A DNA stretch of 64,000 bases, from NCBI GenBank assembly GCA_010909165.1, contig MU008190.1:236024-300023 (forward strand), in the 5' to 3' direction. The notes under the pieces are model-generated. The model was not told the origin of the DNA. It saw only the letters and a program-made list of their open reading frames with translations, and searched no databases. This document shows positions 35,474-52,300 of the stretch, in pieces. Source of the DNA: Anthoceros angustus (lineage: Eukaryota; Plantae; Anthocerotophyta). Made by a program: the position numbers and the translations under genes. How positions within the stretch are numbered: position 1 is the stretch's first letter; every line of letters starts with the position of its first letter.

Positions 35474-38400
35474 TCAACGCCAGCAACTCATCTTCCTCTG
35501 CACGCATAGCATGTGCAGACCGTGTGTAAGTTGCAGGCAATGGAAGGATCAAACTGGCTGCTGTTTGCTGGACCAGCTCCATTCAACGTACCACAACTCT
35601 CTGAACCTTGATGGCCTCCAAACTTGCACCCAGTTGCTCCTGCTTCACTAGGGCGGATTGCAGACTCTGTGCGTGAACAACACAGACAGTTGAGAACACA
35701 GTTTCGAACCTCATCAGCACACATCTTGGAAAAGAGCTTACCTGCTTCGTTTCACCAAGCTCAGCTTTAAGTGAAGCTATGTGATGTGTAGATGATTCCA
35801 GATCCTTAAGCTTCACACACAGTTCCTCATTCAGACTCCTCATCCGACTCAATTCCCCTTCAACAACTTGAACTCTTCTCGCAGTGGAAATTGGTTCCGG
35901 CTCAGATTCCGTTGGCTTCTTCAAAGTAGGTACAGGGGAGGAGCACTGGAATAAACGCATTGGTAGGAATAATAGAAAGAGGAGACCGCTGATTAGCAAA
36001 TGAACTTGAGTCCCAACGCTTAGAAAAGTATAGCCCTTGCCCCCAGAATCCGACCTGTCATCTTCAAAGAAGGAAAGGGGCGGTTATTTGATAACCAGGC
36101 TTCCAGAAAACAATCCAACAATACAAGTCCAAACACCAGAAAATGGTCCGAGCTAAATGAAACAGGACAACAGTGGTGGTTGATAGGACTGCCAGTACCA
36201 GCTGTCTGGGACAACTTAACATCAGTATCACTCTGGCCTCCATCGACTTTCTTGTCCTCAAAATCAATTTGGCTTGATTGTGAGGAAACAGCCTGCCAAA
36301 AAATCAAGTAAAAAAACAATCTCTCTACTAAGCCCGCTCTCATACTAGGTTTTGCAACACCGAAAACCAGGTGTTCTGGTATCATCGTCAGAGCTTTGGA
36401 GAGAGAAACCTGTTCGGCTGGTCTGCTGGTCCAAGAATCACTGTTGACTGGATCTTCTGCACTGTCTACTGATCGAGTTGAGGCGACACTCTGCAATAAC
36501 AAAACACTCTTGTCACTAATGTGGCAATCCCTTATGCATGTGCAGTCTCCAAGCATGGGGACATGACGATTGACGAATCAATGTGCACTTTGAGTATGGT
36601 GACATCCAAAACAGGACAACACCAAAGCACTCACGCAAACAACTTACATCTTCTAGCACGTCCCCATTTGACATGAGAACGACATGTCTGGCACTACGAG
36701 CTTTCCCTTCGTTTACCGCCTGACAAGAAGGACAAACAGCATCAGCACTTATCTACCTGAACACATCACAAAAGGCACTTCAACAAGAGAGATGCCGAGG
36801 GTGCTACACACTTATGATACGTAAGTACTGTAATTGGACACATTTCTACTGACTTAGTGATCTTACGGTAATTCAAATGGTTTCAATGAGCTGAAGCCAT
36901 TATTTCCAGTCTCTTTGTCTTGCTTATTTAGTTATTGAAGATGCACAAGTGCCCAGTGCTGGGACGAGATGTGATGCCAAATATTCCAGTCAGAAAGGAC
37001 AAATCCAGAGCAGCAATGTCTGTTATCCACCTTCATGATATCCGGGTCGTTCCATGGACCTTTGTCAGAAGATAGGCAGCCACCTTCATTCGGGCAGGTG
37101 CATGTGCCACCAAAAAATTCAGGCAACTCACTGAAAACAAGAACACCATTGAGTACTCCGGATGCACCTTACAGCTATCCCATTAAATACTGAAAGGTAG
37201 CAGGGGAAAGAGAGGGTAGAAACCTGGCTTCAATAATTTCGAGGAGCTTGCTCTGGTATTTATTACCAAGAACCTGGTAACAGCAGAAACATACCTGAAC
37301 TCCAATCCCTTGCCAGCACAGGGTAACAGGAAATGCAGAGAGACCTCAACCTCAACCAACTAAACTGGTCTACCTGAACCTTCTTGACGGTGTCAGGGTC
37401 TATAAAACCTTTGACTGTGTTCCAAAGCATCTTAAAACCAGGTCCAGCGTTGATGATAAATAGCCTGCATAAAGTCTGCAAATCAGATGTTCAGCCAACC
37501 CATTGGGTTTTTTTCTCAAGATTCGCTGCAATGTAATACATTACTTTACTATGCTGGAATATTAGTAGGTTTCCTAATAGAGGTTATAATGACATGCATT
37601 CCGTCACGAACCTCCGGATAATTGTCACCATCCACTTTCTGTATCCTCATAATTAATTCTCGAGCATCCTTGCTGAAATTTTTGAGACCCTGCACACACG
37701 AGGATAAAAGTTGGACGCGTGATGCCCAGTAAAACCCAGGCAGCTACCCAGGTTAGATTGCATGCCAAGGCTAAATGCTGTGCTCCGCCCCCTGCAGTAC
37801 ATTCTACTCCTACAGCAGGGTTGACTGGACAACCGTATGAGATTCTGAGTGCCATCCAGCTTCAGGTTCTTGCTACTACCTTCTCAATCAGCTATCAGAA
37901 ACTTACCACACCACCAACATCCAGAATGGTTGTGGTCGAATCAATATGCTTCTTGCATGCTATTGAGCAGGCTGGAAACTTCTTCTTCAGTGTCCTTTCA
38001 AATTCTAAAATGTGGTACTTGATATATCTATCCATAGTTGTTATCTGCATCAGTTTGCTCGGCTGGGCTTTCCCAATTCTCTCTATGTAAACTGGCCTTC
38101 CCTCCTTGTCAACACCATGATGCCCCTGGGGATAATAGTTCTTCACCTCGTGAAGCTCTTGATAGTCAAAATCCTGCATGTGGTCATACACATCACGTTA
38201 CAACCGAAGGGGGGGCGATTAAAATCCAATGCAGCGAGGCAAAGACCTTACTTCCTCTAATGTGTCAATCGAGTCCGCTGCTCTCCAGGCAAGCATGTTC
38301 TGCCACATCTGCTTTGCTTTTTCGACGTCATATTTTCGAGCCCGAAGAAAGCTGACAACAGGGTGTTGAGGTGAGTTGTACATAACAGGAGGAAGAAAAT

Positions 38401-38840
38401 CATACCATTTCCAATCCCTCAAGCATAAAATCCATAGCCTAAAGTCATCCGACTTCATTGCAATGTTGAAAGAAACCCGAAGCTCGGCTACTATCATGAG
38501 AACGATCAAAACACAATACAGACCGGAGAAGGGAATGATAATCATCATGGGCCTCCGGAAGCAGCTGGCTGGACAGAAGAACTTGACGGAACCGTTCTAC
38601 AGCTTGGTGATCGGTTTCTTCTCTCCGATCCTCAATTGACAGCGACTTATCATCAGCCTTGGACTTTTTCTTCCTCCCTAGGCGCTTGATCCTCGTGGCA
38701 AAAACAGCAGCTCGCATGGCCCCTATAGCAAACTTTTTTTTCTTGTCCTTCTCCGCAGCCTCCATATCACCACTGCCACTGACGGATCCATTTCTACTCT
38801 CCGACCTCCTACCCTTCCTCGATGACCCTCCGTCCACCAT
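35474..38840 (-). CDS. SFH: SEC14/CRAL-TRIO phosphatidylinositol transfer protein (SFH type) with C-terminal coiled coil
   Basis: [82 protein letters not shown]-terminal coil ..[18 protein letters not shown], then RKMSCWR*. Start codon uncertain. Confidence 0.9.
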
Positions 38841-39766
38841 TGCACACAATGTACCCGCGCGGGAGAAAAATGGCCTCTCGTTCCCACCGCCACAGGTGCT
38901 CCTCCCACCACTAGCTTCTGCAAACACAATGCTGCTCTCAACACTTCGCCACGTCGCCAGATTCAGGCCGAACAGAAGAAATCATGTCAAGATGCTACTC
39001 TGAAGAACATAGACCACCACCTCAATTCACGACCGCCGGTGCTGACGGCGCCCACACTTCGCCAGTACTGCCCGATCATACTGAGCCGGTGGGCACCCGA
39101 TTCTGCAGCTGACCCAGAGCCACCGCCCACACGCTCAGATTGAAGGCAGATTCTACCTCATCGAACCGAAATCACGGCATCCAGATCCGCGTTGGAAGTA
39201 CCCACCTGGAGCCTGGAGTTTCAGCTCGCACGCCGAATTCATCAACTTCTGGAATCCGGGAAGAGTCGCTCTTCCTATGGAACGAGTACCTGTTCAGTAG
39301 AGTTTGCATCTGCCCAGAATGGAGTGACAAGCCAAAGAGCTGTAGACACGCTTGCACAGTGTGCGATATCTCCAATTAGGATGCAACACACCTGCTCGGA
39401 GTACTAACGAAGTAGCCTGAACAGGGATGATCTGACACAGATCCGTAAACAGTATGACAAGAAAAACAACCAGGCTACGGTGATCTCTAGGGCTCAGGTG
39501 TCCGATTGCGTGGCAGCATCTGCCAGTTGCTGATGCTACCTTGCCTCCCTAGAGCCTTGTCAGTCAACACTGGAGCTGGAGGTTGCTACAAAATTCTTTT
39601 CTCTTCTGTACGTACTATGACGACTGCTTCTTTGTTGGTTTACTAGTTCATCACCCTTTACCTACATTTGTACGGTATTCCCTTGCTCCCGTAGGTCAAC
39701 TCCAACATGTCAGACAGCAGAACGAACATGCTCCTGGCTAAGCAGTGCTGTACATCATATACAACC

Positions 39767-43610
<3,844 letters not shown>

Positions 43611-43925
43611 TACCAGCAGCAGCAATCGATATGCCAGTGAATTACAGGGGTACGTACGTATAGGGTTTACAAGAGGAGCATTACCAGGTAGACCTTCCGT
43701 TTTGGTGGCTTCCAGATTCAAATTGGCGAGTTCAAAGTCCGAGACTGCGCAGTACATGCATCGTGGTGCCTTTGGAGACAGACTAGTTGTGTCTCACGCT
43801 AAAGCCTCCTGCTTAACCTAGCTCGAGGCTACTACTACTGTACACTCAGCTAATCTCGGCCCTAAACACAAAGGTCGCTCGTCTGAAAGGGGCCAGCATA
43901 GTTTCGCGGTTTGCACCAACAGCGC

Positions 43926-45671
43926 TCAGTCCTGGCCATCTTCTTCTCCAGCGAGACTGGCAGTCTGTGAATCCACACTGCTGGCAGCTTCCTTCAATGC
44001 TCGGGATAGTGCACTGGGTGATGGCGGAGTTGCACTCTGATGGCTTCGGGCAGGCCTAGGAGACACTTCGCGTGGAGATCCACTTGCTCCGTCCCCAAGG
44101 CCAACCGCTTCTGGAGTGACGTCTTTTGAGGGCCGACGTCCGTTCAAAGCATGACAGTGAGGGCAGTAGTACGTGATGTACGGGAAATCTTCCTTCTTTG
44201 CAAGCCCTGAGAGACAGAAAACATTCCACCAACATGAGCCTGAGTGAAGCTTCAGGAATGAATCCGGACAATTAAATAGCATCTAACACGTAAGACAAGG
44301 CCATAAGGTTGCCTTCAAGCGAAGTCTACCATTGTGCATGAGGCAATTCTTGCAAATGAGAGCGTAGCACTGACTGGGATCTTCCCCGACAAGCATTGCT
44401 GCAAAACGAGCCATCCAACCTCCTCCGCTTCCACGTTCTTTGTTCAGCTGCATCTCTCCATCATCCAGAAAGGAATTCGTGGAGCCTTCATCATAGCCTG
44501 CTTCTTGAGGATAACTTCCTGCATACCTATCCGCCAACGTGAATTGATTAGCCTCTGCCTGGTCAAGTCTCGGACCCCTTCTCCTCCTCAGGCCAGAAGG
44601 ATCTGTGGTTCCCGCATCATGTCCCTTGCCCACTCTGGGAGACTTATTCCCATTCCGTTGGGCTTCTTCCTCGTGAGGTTGAAAAGCAAGCTTCAAACCG
44701 GATTCTACCCCAATCTTGGAAGCTAAAATAGTTGCTGCTGCTGCTTTGGCTGCTGGGTCGGAATCATATTGCTGACAAAGGAAGCAAGGGATCAGTTCAA
44801 AGCAGCAAACGTAGCTGCCCAAGTGCCATGATATCCGTTTTCATTGTCGTTAGGAAAGAGCAGAGATTGAAAAGTCAGTCGATAAGCACACCTGAATGAG
44901 TTGTTGTAAAGCATAATAGTTTGTCTTCTCTTTCAACTCATCAATTTTTGCTTGCCGCTCAGCTTTCAGTCGCTCCAGTGTGTTCTGATCCTTGCGCTCA
45001 CCTGCAGAGACAGAGAGGTTAATTTCTCCAGCAGACATGCACAGAAATGAAACCTAGATGCAAGCAGCATCTCGATGATTCAGTGTCCAAACTTCCATTG
45101 CAAAGGGGGGTGTAGCCTCAACAATTATACTTCATTCAGATTTGTTTGAGAAACACCTACAGAACAAACAAAGATGAGCAGATACGAGGGGAAGTGAGAC
45201 TCACGCATTCTGTAGAATCTTGCCAACCCAGAATAAACCAACGACACAAGGACTGGTAGTGCAAAACTAGGCAACACCCTCATTCCCCGGATTTTCCATG
45301 GCAGGTCCGGAGACCTTGTTGTCCATATTGCAAAACCTAGTAACAAAATCTGCCATTCCATGTTAACCTTGCCAAAGTAGAGAATTTGACGATCCCACGG
45401 CAGGACAGGAAGCACATAACCCCACCTCAATGACGATGGAGTAGACAAGAAGACCCCTGGCCAACTTTGCCCATGTCCGGGTCCGCCTCTTGAGACGAGC
45501 AAGAACAGCCCTTTCCTCCTGAGACAGATGCTGTAACCTCTTCTCAAAGTCACTGTTGCTGCTCCTCGAAAAGAGACCAAAGAATCGGCTCAAAACTCCT
45601 CTCCGGGGCTGGGGAGCCGGCGATTTCTGTTCAGATGGCGTCGGCCCCTGGGAGTTCCCTTTGTCACCCAT
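43926..45671 (-). CDS. LNP: Lunapark ER-junction protein (TM segments plus zinc ribbon)
   Basis: DFEKRLQHLSQEE, ERLKAERQAKIDELKEKTNYYALQQLIQ, YDSDPAAKAAAATILASKIG, and zinc ribbon LICKNCLMHNG / YYCPHCHALNG. Confidence 0.92.
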
Positions 45672-46470
45672 GTTGCCTCCGCTGAACTGCGAGAATTCGG
45701 ATGCGAGCTTCATTACCTCGAACTACATTTACGATCTAGAGTCGAAATGAATCGGCAAAGCCCCTCAGGTGTACCTTGAAACAAGCGACCGGATCAGATC
45801 AGCTGCCCACAGCAGTCAAGCATCGGCCCGCACCTGCGGTCGTCGGTCTCCCTTCCGCACTAGCTCCGGGCCCGCATCAGATCGGGTGCCCCGGGGCCCT
45901 GCCTGACTGAACCCAACTAGGCCCCGCCCCGTGAAGCTCGCCTCAACAGCATTGTCTGTGTCCTGGGGATCCGCAACCACGACCCGGAGATATTCCCCCC
46001 TCCGAATCTCAAAGCCTGAGAGCCCAATTCTAACCGGCCCCAATCGGGCACCGGTCACACGACGAGACGCGACAGTGCCGAGACAAGACCAAGGATCAAG
46101 GCGCGACAGCTCGCCCACTGGCTTGGGTGGTTTGGTGTGAAGAGGGTTAGATCGAACCAGCCTAGATGGAAAGCTCTACAATTGTGCGACAACGGCCAGG
46201 GGTGGCTCATCGGCCAGGTGCCGCTACCCGCATTGTAGAGCGTGGCAAACGCCTGTTATCCCTCTATACCGTGCTAGGGTTGTGCCTCACGTCGTAGGCG
46301 GCGAAACTGGCGAAACCAGTTCCCGCCATTTCTGCCGGTTTGAGAGTTCCGGCGTCCTGCTCGGGCGCTTTGGTTTTGCGGACATTGCGCTGTGCTGTGG
46401 AGGAATCTGCTGGAGCTGGATGTTTTTTTGTTAGAATTCGGAGATCGTTGGGAGGAGGTGGCCGGGCAGG

Positions 46471-48709
46471 ATGTCGCTCACGTTTCCCACTTTGTCGACT
46501 AAGAACATTGTGGAGTTCCTTGTTGAAGGCGGCTATGCAATTGGAGAGCAGGATCTGTTGAAGCCAACCCGGGATGGCATGTGGCCGCTGTACGAGTATC
46601 TGATGCAGTATCTCATGGGCATTTCGAGGTGAAATCTGTTGTGGTGCTTGTCGCTTGTTGGAAAATGGAGAGCAATGCATGACGAGGTGCTGCAGTGTAC
46701 GGTTTGGTGCAGGGAAGAGCTTCAGCAACCTGTTTTCAGCGCCTTGGAGCATCTGGAATTCGCAGAGCTGCATGAAGATTCAGTGGGCTGCCTGGCGTCT
46801 TTCCGCAATATGGCACAGCTGATGCAGACTTGCAATGTTCCCAATTTCTCTATGAATGACATCATCAAGCCGGACCCCGACAGAACCATCCACAACCTCA
46901 GTGCCATCATCAACTTTGCCAAGTTCAAGTATGTCTCTGTGTTGACTGCCCCCACTTGGCTTGGTTCATCTGATTGAACGATAAGTCTGACATGGTTCGC
47001 TGTTATCTGGCACCAGAGAAGAGAGAGACCGGAAATTGTCTGAGCTCACGAATCGGAAGGACAAGCTGCTGGAGCTGAGAGAACAAGCTCAGATGAATGC
47101 AGCTCGGGTACCCAGTCTACCAAGTGAGGTTTTGGATTGCAGGCTTCGTGAGTGCCGTTGGCCTAATGCTTGTGCTGTTCTCTAGGTGAAGGCCCAGGTG
47201 CAAGCACTCCAAACAGCCAGGCTAGCCGAGCAGCCTGCTGTGCTGGCACTCCAGGATGAAATCAAACAGATGAAACAACAGATTGTCGGATACAACAAGC
47301 AGCATGCTGCCTTGCGTACAGAACAGCGTGGCCTGAAAGAGGAGTATACCAATATCTCAGATCAGGTAGGCATACTTGAACAGCTTTCCAACTATTGTTA
47401 GCTCATTTTACTACCGCTACCAACAAGGTCGCCTACTTTATCTGCATCTGACTTCCTTCAATGGTGTTGGCTTCGGCGGCAAACTGATATCTCTCATTCC
47501 ACAGATATCGCACGAGAAGTTCTTAATCTCTCAAGCCAAACAATTGAATGCAGATCTGAAAGGACAGATCGTTCAGTCTCCTGAAAAGTTGCAGGTGCTG
47601 TTCTTAGTATTGTCGTGAAGCCCACCTCAACAGTTGGGGGTGCAATACTTCTTGATTGATGCCGTCTTGTTGCAGAAACTGGTGGAGGAAAAACAACAGA
47701 GTCTGGAGAACGCCAAGAAGTACGTCGAGGAAAGGAGGTTATCTGTACGATCATTGAAGAAGAAGCAAGAAGCTTATGGAAAGGTATCAAAAGACGACCA
47801 AGGTCTCCTTCCTTAGAGCGCTTCCTCTCGTGCATAATGATCAACAGCATGCACTCCGGATGTGCAGGCGGAAGAGAAAGTCAAGAAATGTGTGGCCATG
47901 TTGAATGAGTACGAGAAACAGGTAGCCAAGTGTTCACCTTTACGAGTTGGCCGAGTCACCGTGGGCATTTTGTTGAACCGCAATTGCTTGACTTGCAGAC
48001 GACAGAGCAAAAGCAGGTATCCAAGGAAGTGAAGGCGCTCAAAGCCAAGGTGAAGGAATGTGAGAAAGAAAGGCGGGGCCTCGAGACTAGGTTGGCACAG
48101 TCTAGGCTGGAAGGTAACCATCGATAGGCCTAGTATGATCTGCTGAAAGTATAGGCTATCTGAGGTTCTTTGGGTCTGTTATGACGCAGGTCAGCATTTA
48201 ATGGAGCAGGCGGAGAAGTCTGGACGGCAGGCAGCATTGAAGCTTTCAGAAGCACACGGGGAATTGCAAACCTGCTTAGCAGAAAACACCCCTCTTCTCA
48301 CGAACCTAACAGCAAGGATTGCCCAGATGTCAAAATTGTCTGACACTCAGGTATGCCCTAGTTCACTGTATTCCTCGTTTCCTCCGTTATACCAAGTTCC
48401 TTGACTGTACGGGAGGCACCCCGAGTATGTCCTTTGGTGAGATCAATAGCTGTTATGTCGTCCCAGAATCATCAGTTGGCTCAGAAGCTTGCACAAGCGC
48501 ACGTTAAGAAGGAAGCTGTCCTGTCAGAAGGCGCAGCGGAGATTGCGAGGCTTCAAAACAAGGCAATTCAAAGCTGTTCCATCTTACCATCGTCCTCCGG
48601 GAGTCCCGTTAGATGAGCATGCGTCGTCTAAACTTGCATTGCTGTCTATCTGCAGGTTCGAGCGTACAACAAGGTGGTGATGGAAGAAGCAAGTCGCATT
48701 ACCATTTAG
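46471..48709 (+). CDS. NUF2: Kinetochore protein NUF2 (Ndc80 complex), multi-exon
   Basis: MSLTFPTLSTKNIVEFL..DLLKPT. CH-domain core DIIKPDPDRTIHNLSAIINFAKF. Long coiled coil with IVQSPEKLQ. Last exon VRAYNKVVMEEASRITI*. Confidence 0.9.
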
Positions 48710-49316
48710 CTCTCCACGCGGCGTTGTGAGTGTCCGATTTAACTGTTCATTCGATTTGACGAGGAGCTTGGCTCTGCGGGCAATTCTGTTTGATCAACAG
48801 TGTACATATGAACAAGATCTGCGGATGTTCAGAGGTCCTGCAGAATCGCAGAATCATGGTATGCATTGGTATCTGGTAGTTGTAAATGTCTTTGGTTGGA
48901 AATGCTAAGATAGTCTATCCGTTGATAGTAGTCAATCACGTGCAGCAATTTGTCAAATATCGTGCTCACCCCAATTAGTTCGTACGTGGGCAAGTCTAAT
49001 TATCAGTTCCCTGAAGTAAGCAGTCTGCCGTTGTCACGTACGTGTATCAGAGTATGTAACCTGCAGTGCTTGAAACTATCCGCGCATATCTTCAAAAATT
49101 GGTTCATCTGTAAGATAAATTAGTGTACATATGCACAAGAATCTTTGTGACACACTTTCCAGTGCGCCCACACCTGAAGAGGAGATGATGCTCGGTATTC
49201 AGGCTCCAGACCTTATAGAGAACGATATTCACGTTCACGACCTCACCTAAACAACCAAAACACTGTAAATATTGAACCTCTGGCAGCAGCTAGTGCCAAG
49301 GTTTTGTCGATAGGTC

Positions 49317-52300
49317 CTATTTCCTCATTTGAGTGAATAGCGGCGTCTGAGCAGCAGCACCAAACCCAGGAGAACCTCCAAAACCTCCAAACCCAGTGAA
49401 ACCTCCTGATCCCGACGCACCAAAGCCACCACCCCCTGCAAAACAAGAAAAGCTGTATCAGACTTCCAAGAACCCCACTTGAGAATCTGGGAATATTGTC
49501 AAAAGTCGTCTATTTTTTGAAAGACGCATTCCAAAACTTCTACTCAATAGCTGGATGTCCTCAAACCTGAAGGCGCACTGGCAAATCCACTGCCTGCTGC
49601 AGCACCAGAGAAGCCACCGCCAGCAGCTGCACCAGCAAACCCTCCTCCGGAAGCTGCAGCAGCAAACCCTCCTCCAGAAGCTGCAGCAGCAAACCCTCCT
49701 CCAGAAGCTGCAGCAGCAAACCCTCCTCCAGAAGCTGCACCAGCGAAGCCTCCTCCAGGGCTTGATGTGAAGGCACTACCAGAAGCTGCACCTGCAAACC
49801 CAGGAGCCCCGACAGACCCAAACCCGGATGCTCCGAAACCAGAACCCAGTTGCCTAGTTTGTCCAAATGTACCAAGAGCACTCCCAAGTGCATGCTGCCC
49901 TTGGCCAACTTGAGCTGGTTGGCCAAACGCAGTAGCAGAACCAAAGCCTCCACCTCCGCTCCCAGCGCTTGAAGACCCTTGACCAAATGCAGGACCAGAA
50001 GCAGGTTGGAACCCACTTCCAAAAGGACTCGCACTGCTTTGAGGCGAAGACTGAGCAGGAGGGAGACTGAAGGAAGCAGGACGGAATAGTTGCCCACTGG
50101 GTACACTCATTCCAAATCCAGGGCTTGATTCGACACCAAAAAGATTCACTTTCTCTGCTGGTGGTGCTGTAGGGGTTCCCAGAGCCAGTCCACCGAATCC
50201 CCCAAATGCTCCAAATCCAGCTGATGTGGTCAGTACTTCCTCCTCCATGACCTCTTCATCACTATCAGTAACCAGAGCTTGAGGCAAACTCGGAAAGGAC
50301 AAAGTTGAGGGAATGGCAGCTGGACTGGGACTGGGACTGGAGAAATCAAACTGTGGTGCAGGCGCAACTTGTGTGCTAGCTGGTTGTCCAAACAATGCAG
50401 GAGGCGTTGAGCTAGAGGCTGTTTGAGAAATAAAAGAGGTGGCAAATCCTGAAGATGCTACAGAAGTTGACATTGGATTAGTAACAGATGGTGGAAGAGA
50501 GCCAAAGCTTGGAGTCAGTGAAGCAGCAGCCATAGCTGTAGATGCTGGAGTAGTTGACGATGCACCAGCAACAGAGGCTGGAAGGGAGCCAAAGCTCAGA
50601 GTTGATGAGACAGCAGCCACGACTGAAGGGGATGATGGGCGAGGGCGTTCCTTGGGTGGCAGAGGCACCCATGGAACTTCCCTGCCCACAGGTGGAGGCA
50701 CCTTGGGTTCCGTTGGTGCTGCTTTTTCAGGTGATGGTGGAAGTGAGATCTCCTCTACAGCTGGGGAGGGAGTGGACGAAACTGATGTCTCTGAATTTGC
50801 TGCCATAACCCTCAGACCAGCAGATTGATGAACAGAACCAGAGCCTGCAGGATTACTTGGCAAAGCAATGACAGGCGCAGGGGAAAATGGAGACATTCCA
50901 GGCAGTTGATCTGTAGAGATAGATGTACTGCCAGTCGTAGTCTTCACTGGATCTTTACTTGGGAGAGAGCTTGCCGTTGTGGAGAAGGCAGGTGCCGACC
51001 TTCCTCTCTGAGAAGGTGCAGCTGTAATGCCATCACTGGGACTAGAGACTGAAGAACTTGGTCGATGCCCAGTTTTCCTTCTCTCAGAATCAGCAGTCGC
51101 ACTAGTTGAGGTTGAAGCCCCAACCACCATGGGGCCTGAAACAGACCTGTCAATATTAACTGGTGCTATAGCTGGTGAAATGTTGATCTGCTCAGACTTC
51201 ATTGACATAGACAATCTGCTGGTAGTCCCAAAGAGTCCTGTGGTTCCAGTCGTACTAAAAGGACTTCCACCTCCATTACTGGATGCTGATCCAGTTTCAG
51301 ATAATGGATAAGACGTGGCAGATGAAGATGATGTAAAGGAAAATGAAGGACCTGCAAGAGCTGAGCTTAGAAGTTGAGATGAACCTGCACTTGCCCATTG
51401 GAACACACTAGCTTTAGACTGATCACTTGATCCTGGTTTACCCAAGGCTGGTGCAGGAATGAAGCTTGCGGTGCTATCTACAGCAGCTGCCAAAGACCTA
51501 TCATCAGCATCATGTCTGCCAAGGACGAAGGACATGGACAGGTCTCCACAAAAAACCACATCGAGAAAAGACAAAACGGGCTGGTAACTGTGAATTAGAA
51601 ATACCGAAAGGCTTCCAAAGCTCTTCTCCAACGGGCTGGGGTGGCACTGACAATGACGAGACTCTAGAAGCTGCAACAGCCTTGTTTTGCTTGGGCTGAC
51701 CACCGGTGGTTGCAGGTTGCGTACCCTCCACACTTGCCTTCATCCCCCGAACATATCGTAGAGGTTCATGGAGCACTTCTGACGAAGTTTGTCGCTCAAC
51801 TCTGGCACTTCTCTTAATAGTGGTTTTGGCTGCTCCTGCTCCGACCCAGGCCTGTCCTTGCCAGTGTCACAATCTCAGAGAAAGTCACGTCTCCATGTGT
51901 CAAAATCACAGCTCTGTACAATTATAAAAGTAACCTACCATATCCATTGAGTCCCTTCTCCTCCTTGTGCTCTCTTGTTGTGCAGGATCAGATTCAATTG
52001 GCAAATGCTGCCAAGGAGTTGCAAGTGCAGATTCTCCGGAGTCCTGAGAAAAATTTGACCTTGGCTTCGAACTAGGACTTTGAAAAGCATCATCTTCCTC
52101 AACTGATACACCCAATGACTTCAGAATTCCGGCTGCAGCCGGCTGGACAGATATGATTCTTGACGGAGTGGAAGATATGTTCAGCACTCTCATTTGTTGG
52201 CTTAGACACTGGGCAAGTTGCTCAGCAATAGCCATCTGAGCATTGACTGTGCTATAAAGGTTCTGGACAGCTTGGAATTGCCTGTTTCCCCAATAAGAGA

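Noticed and set aside
46191-46195. AACGG MSA core in the NUF2 promoter
   Set aside because: Only one clear core; MSA function normally needs multiple copies.
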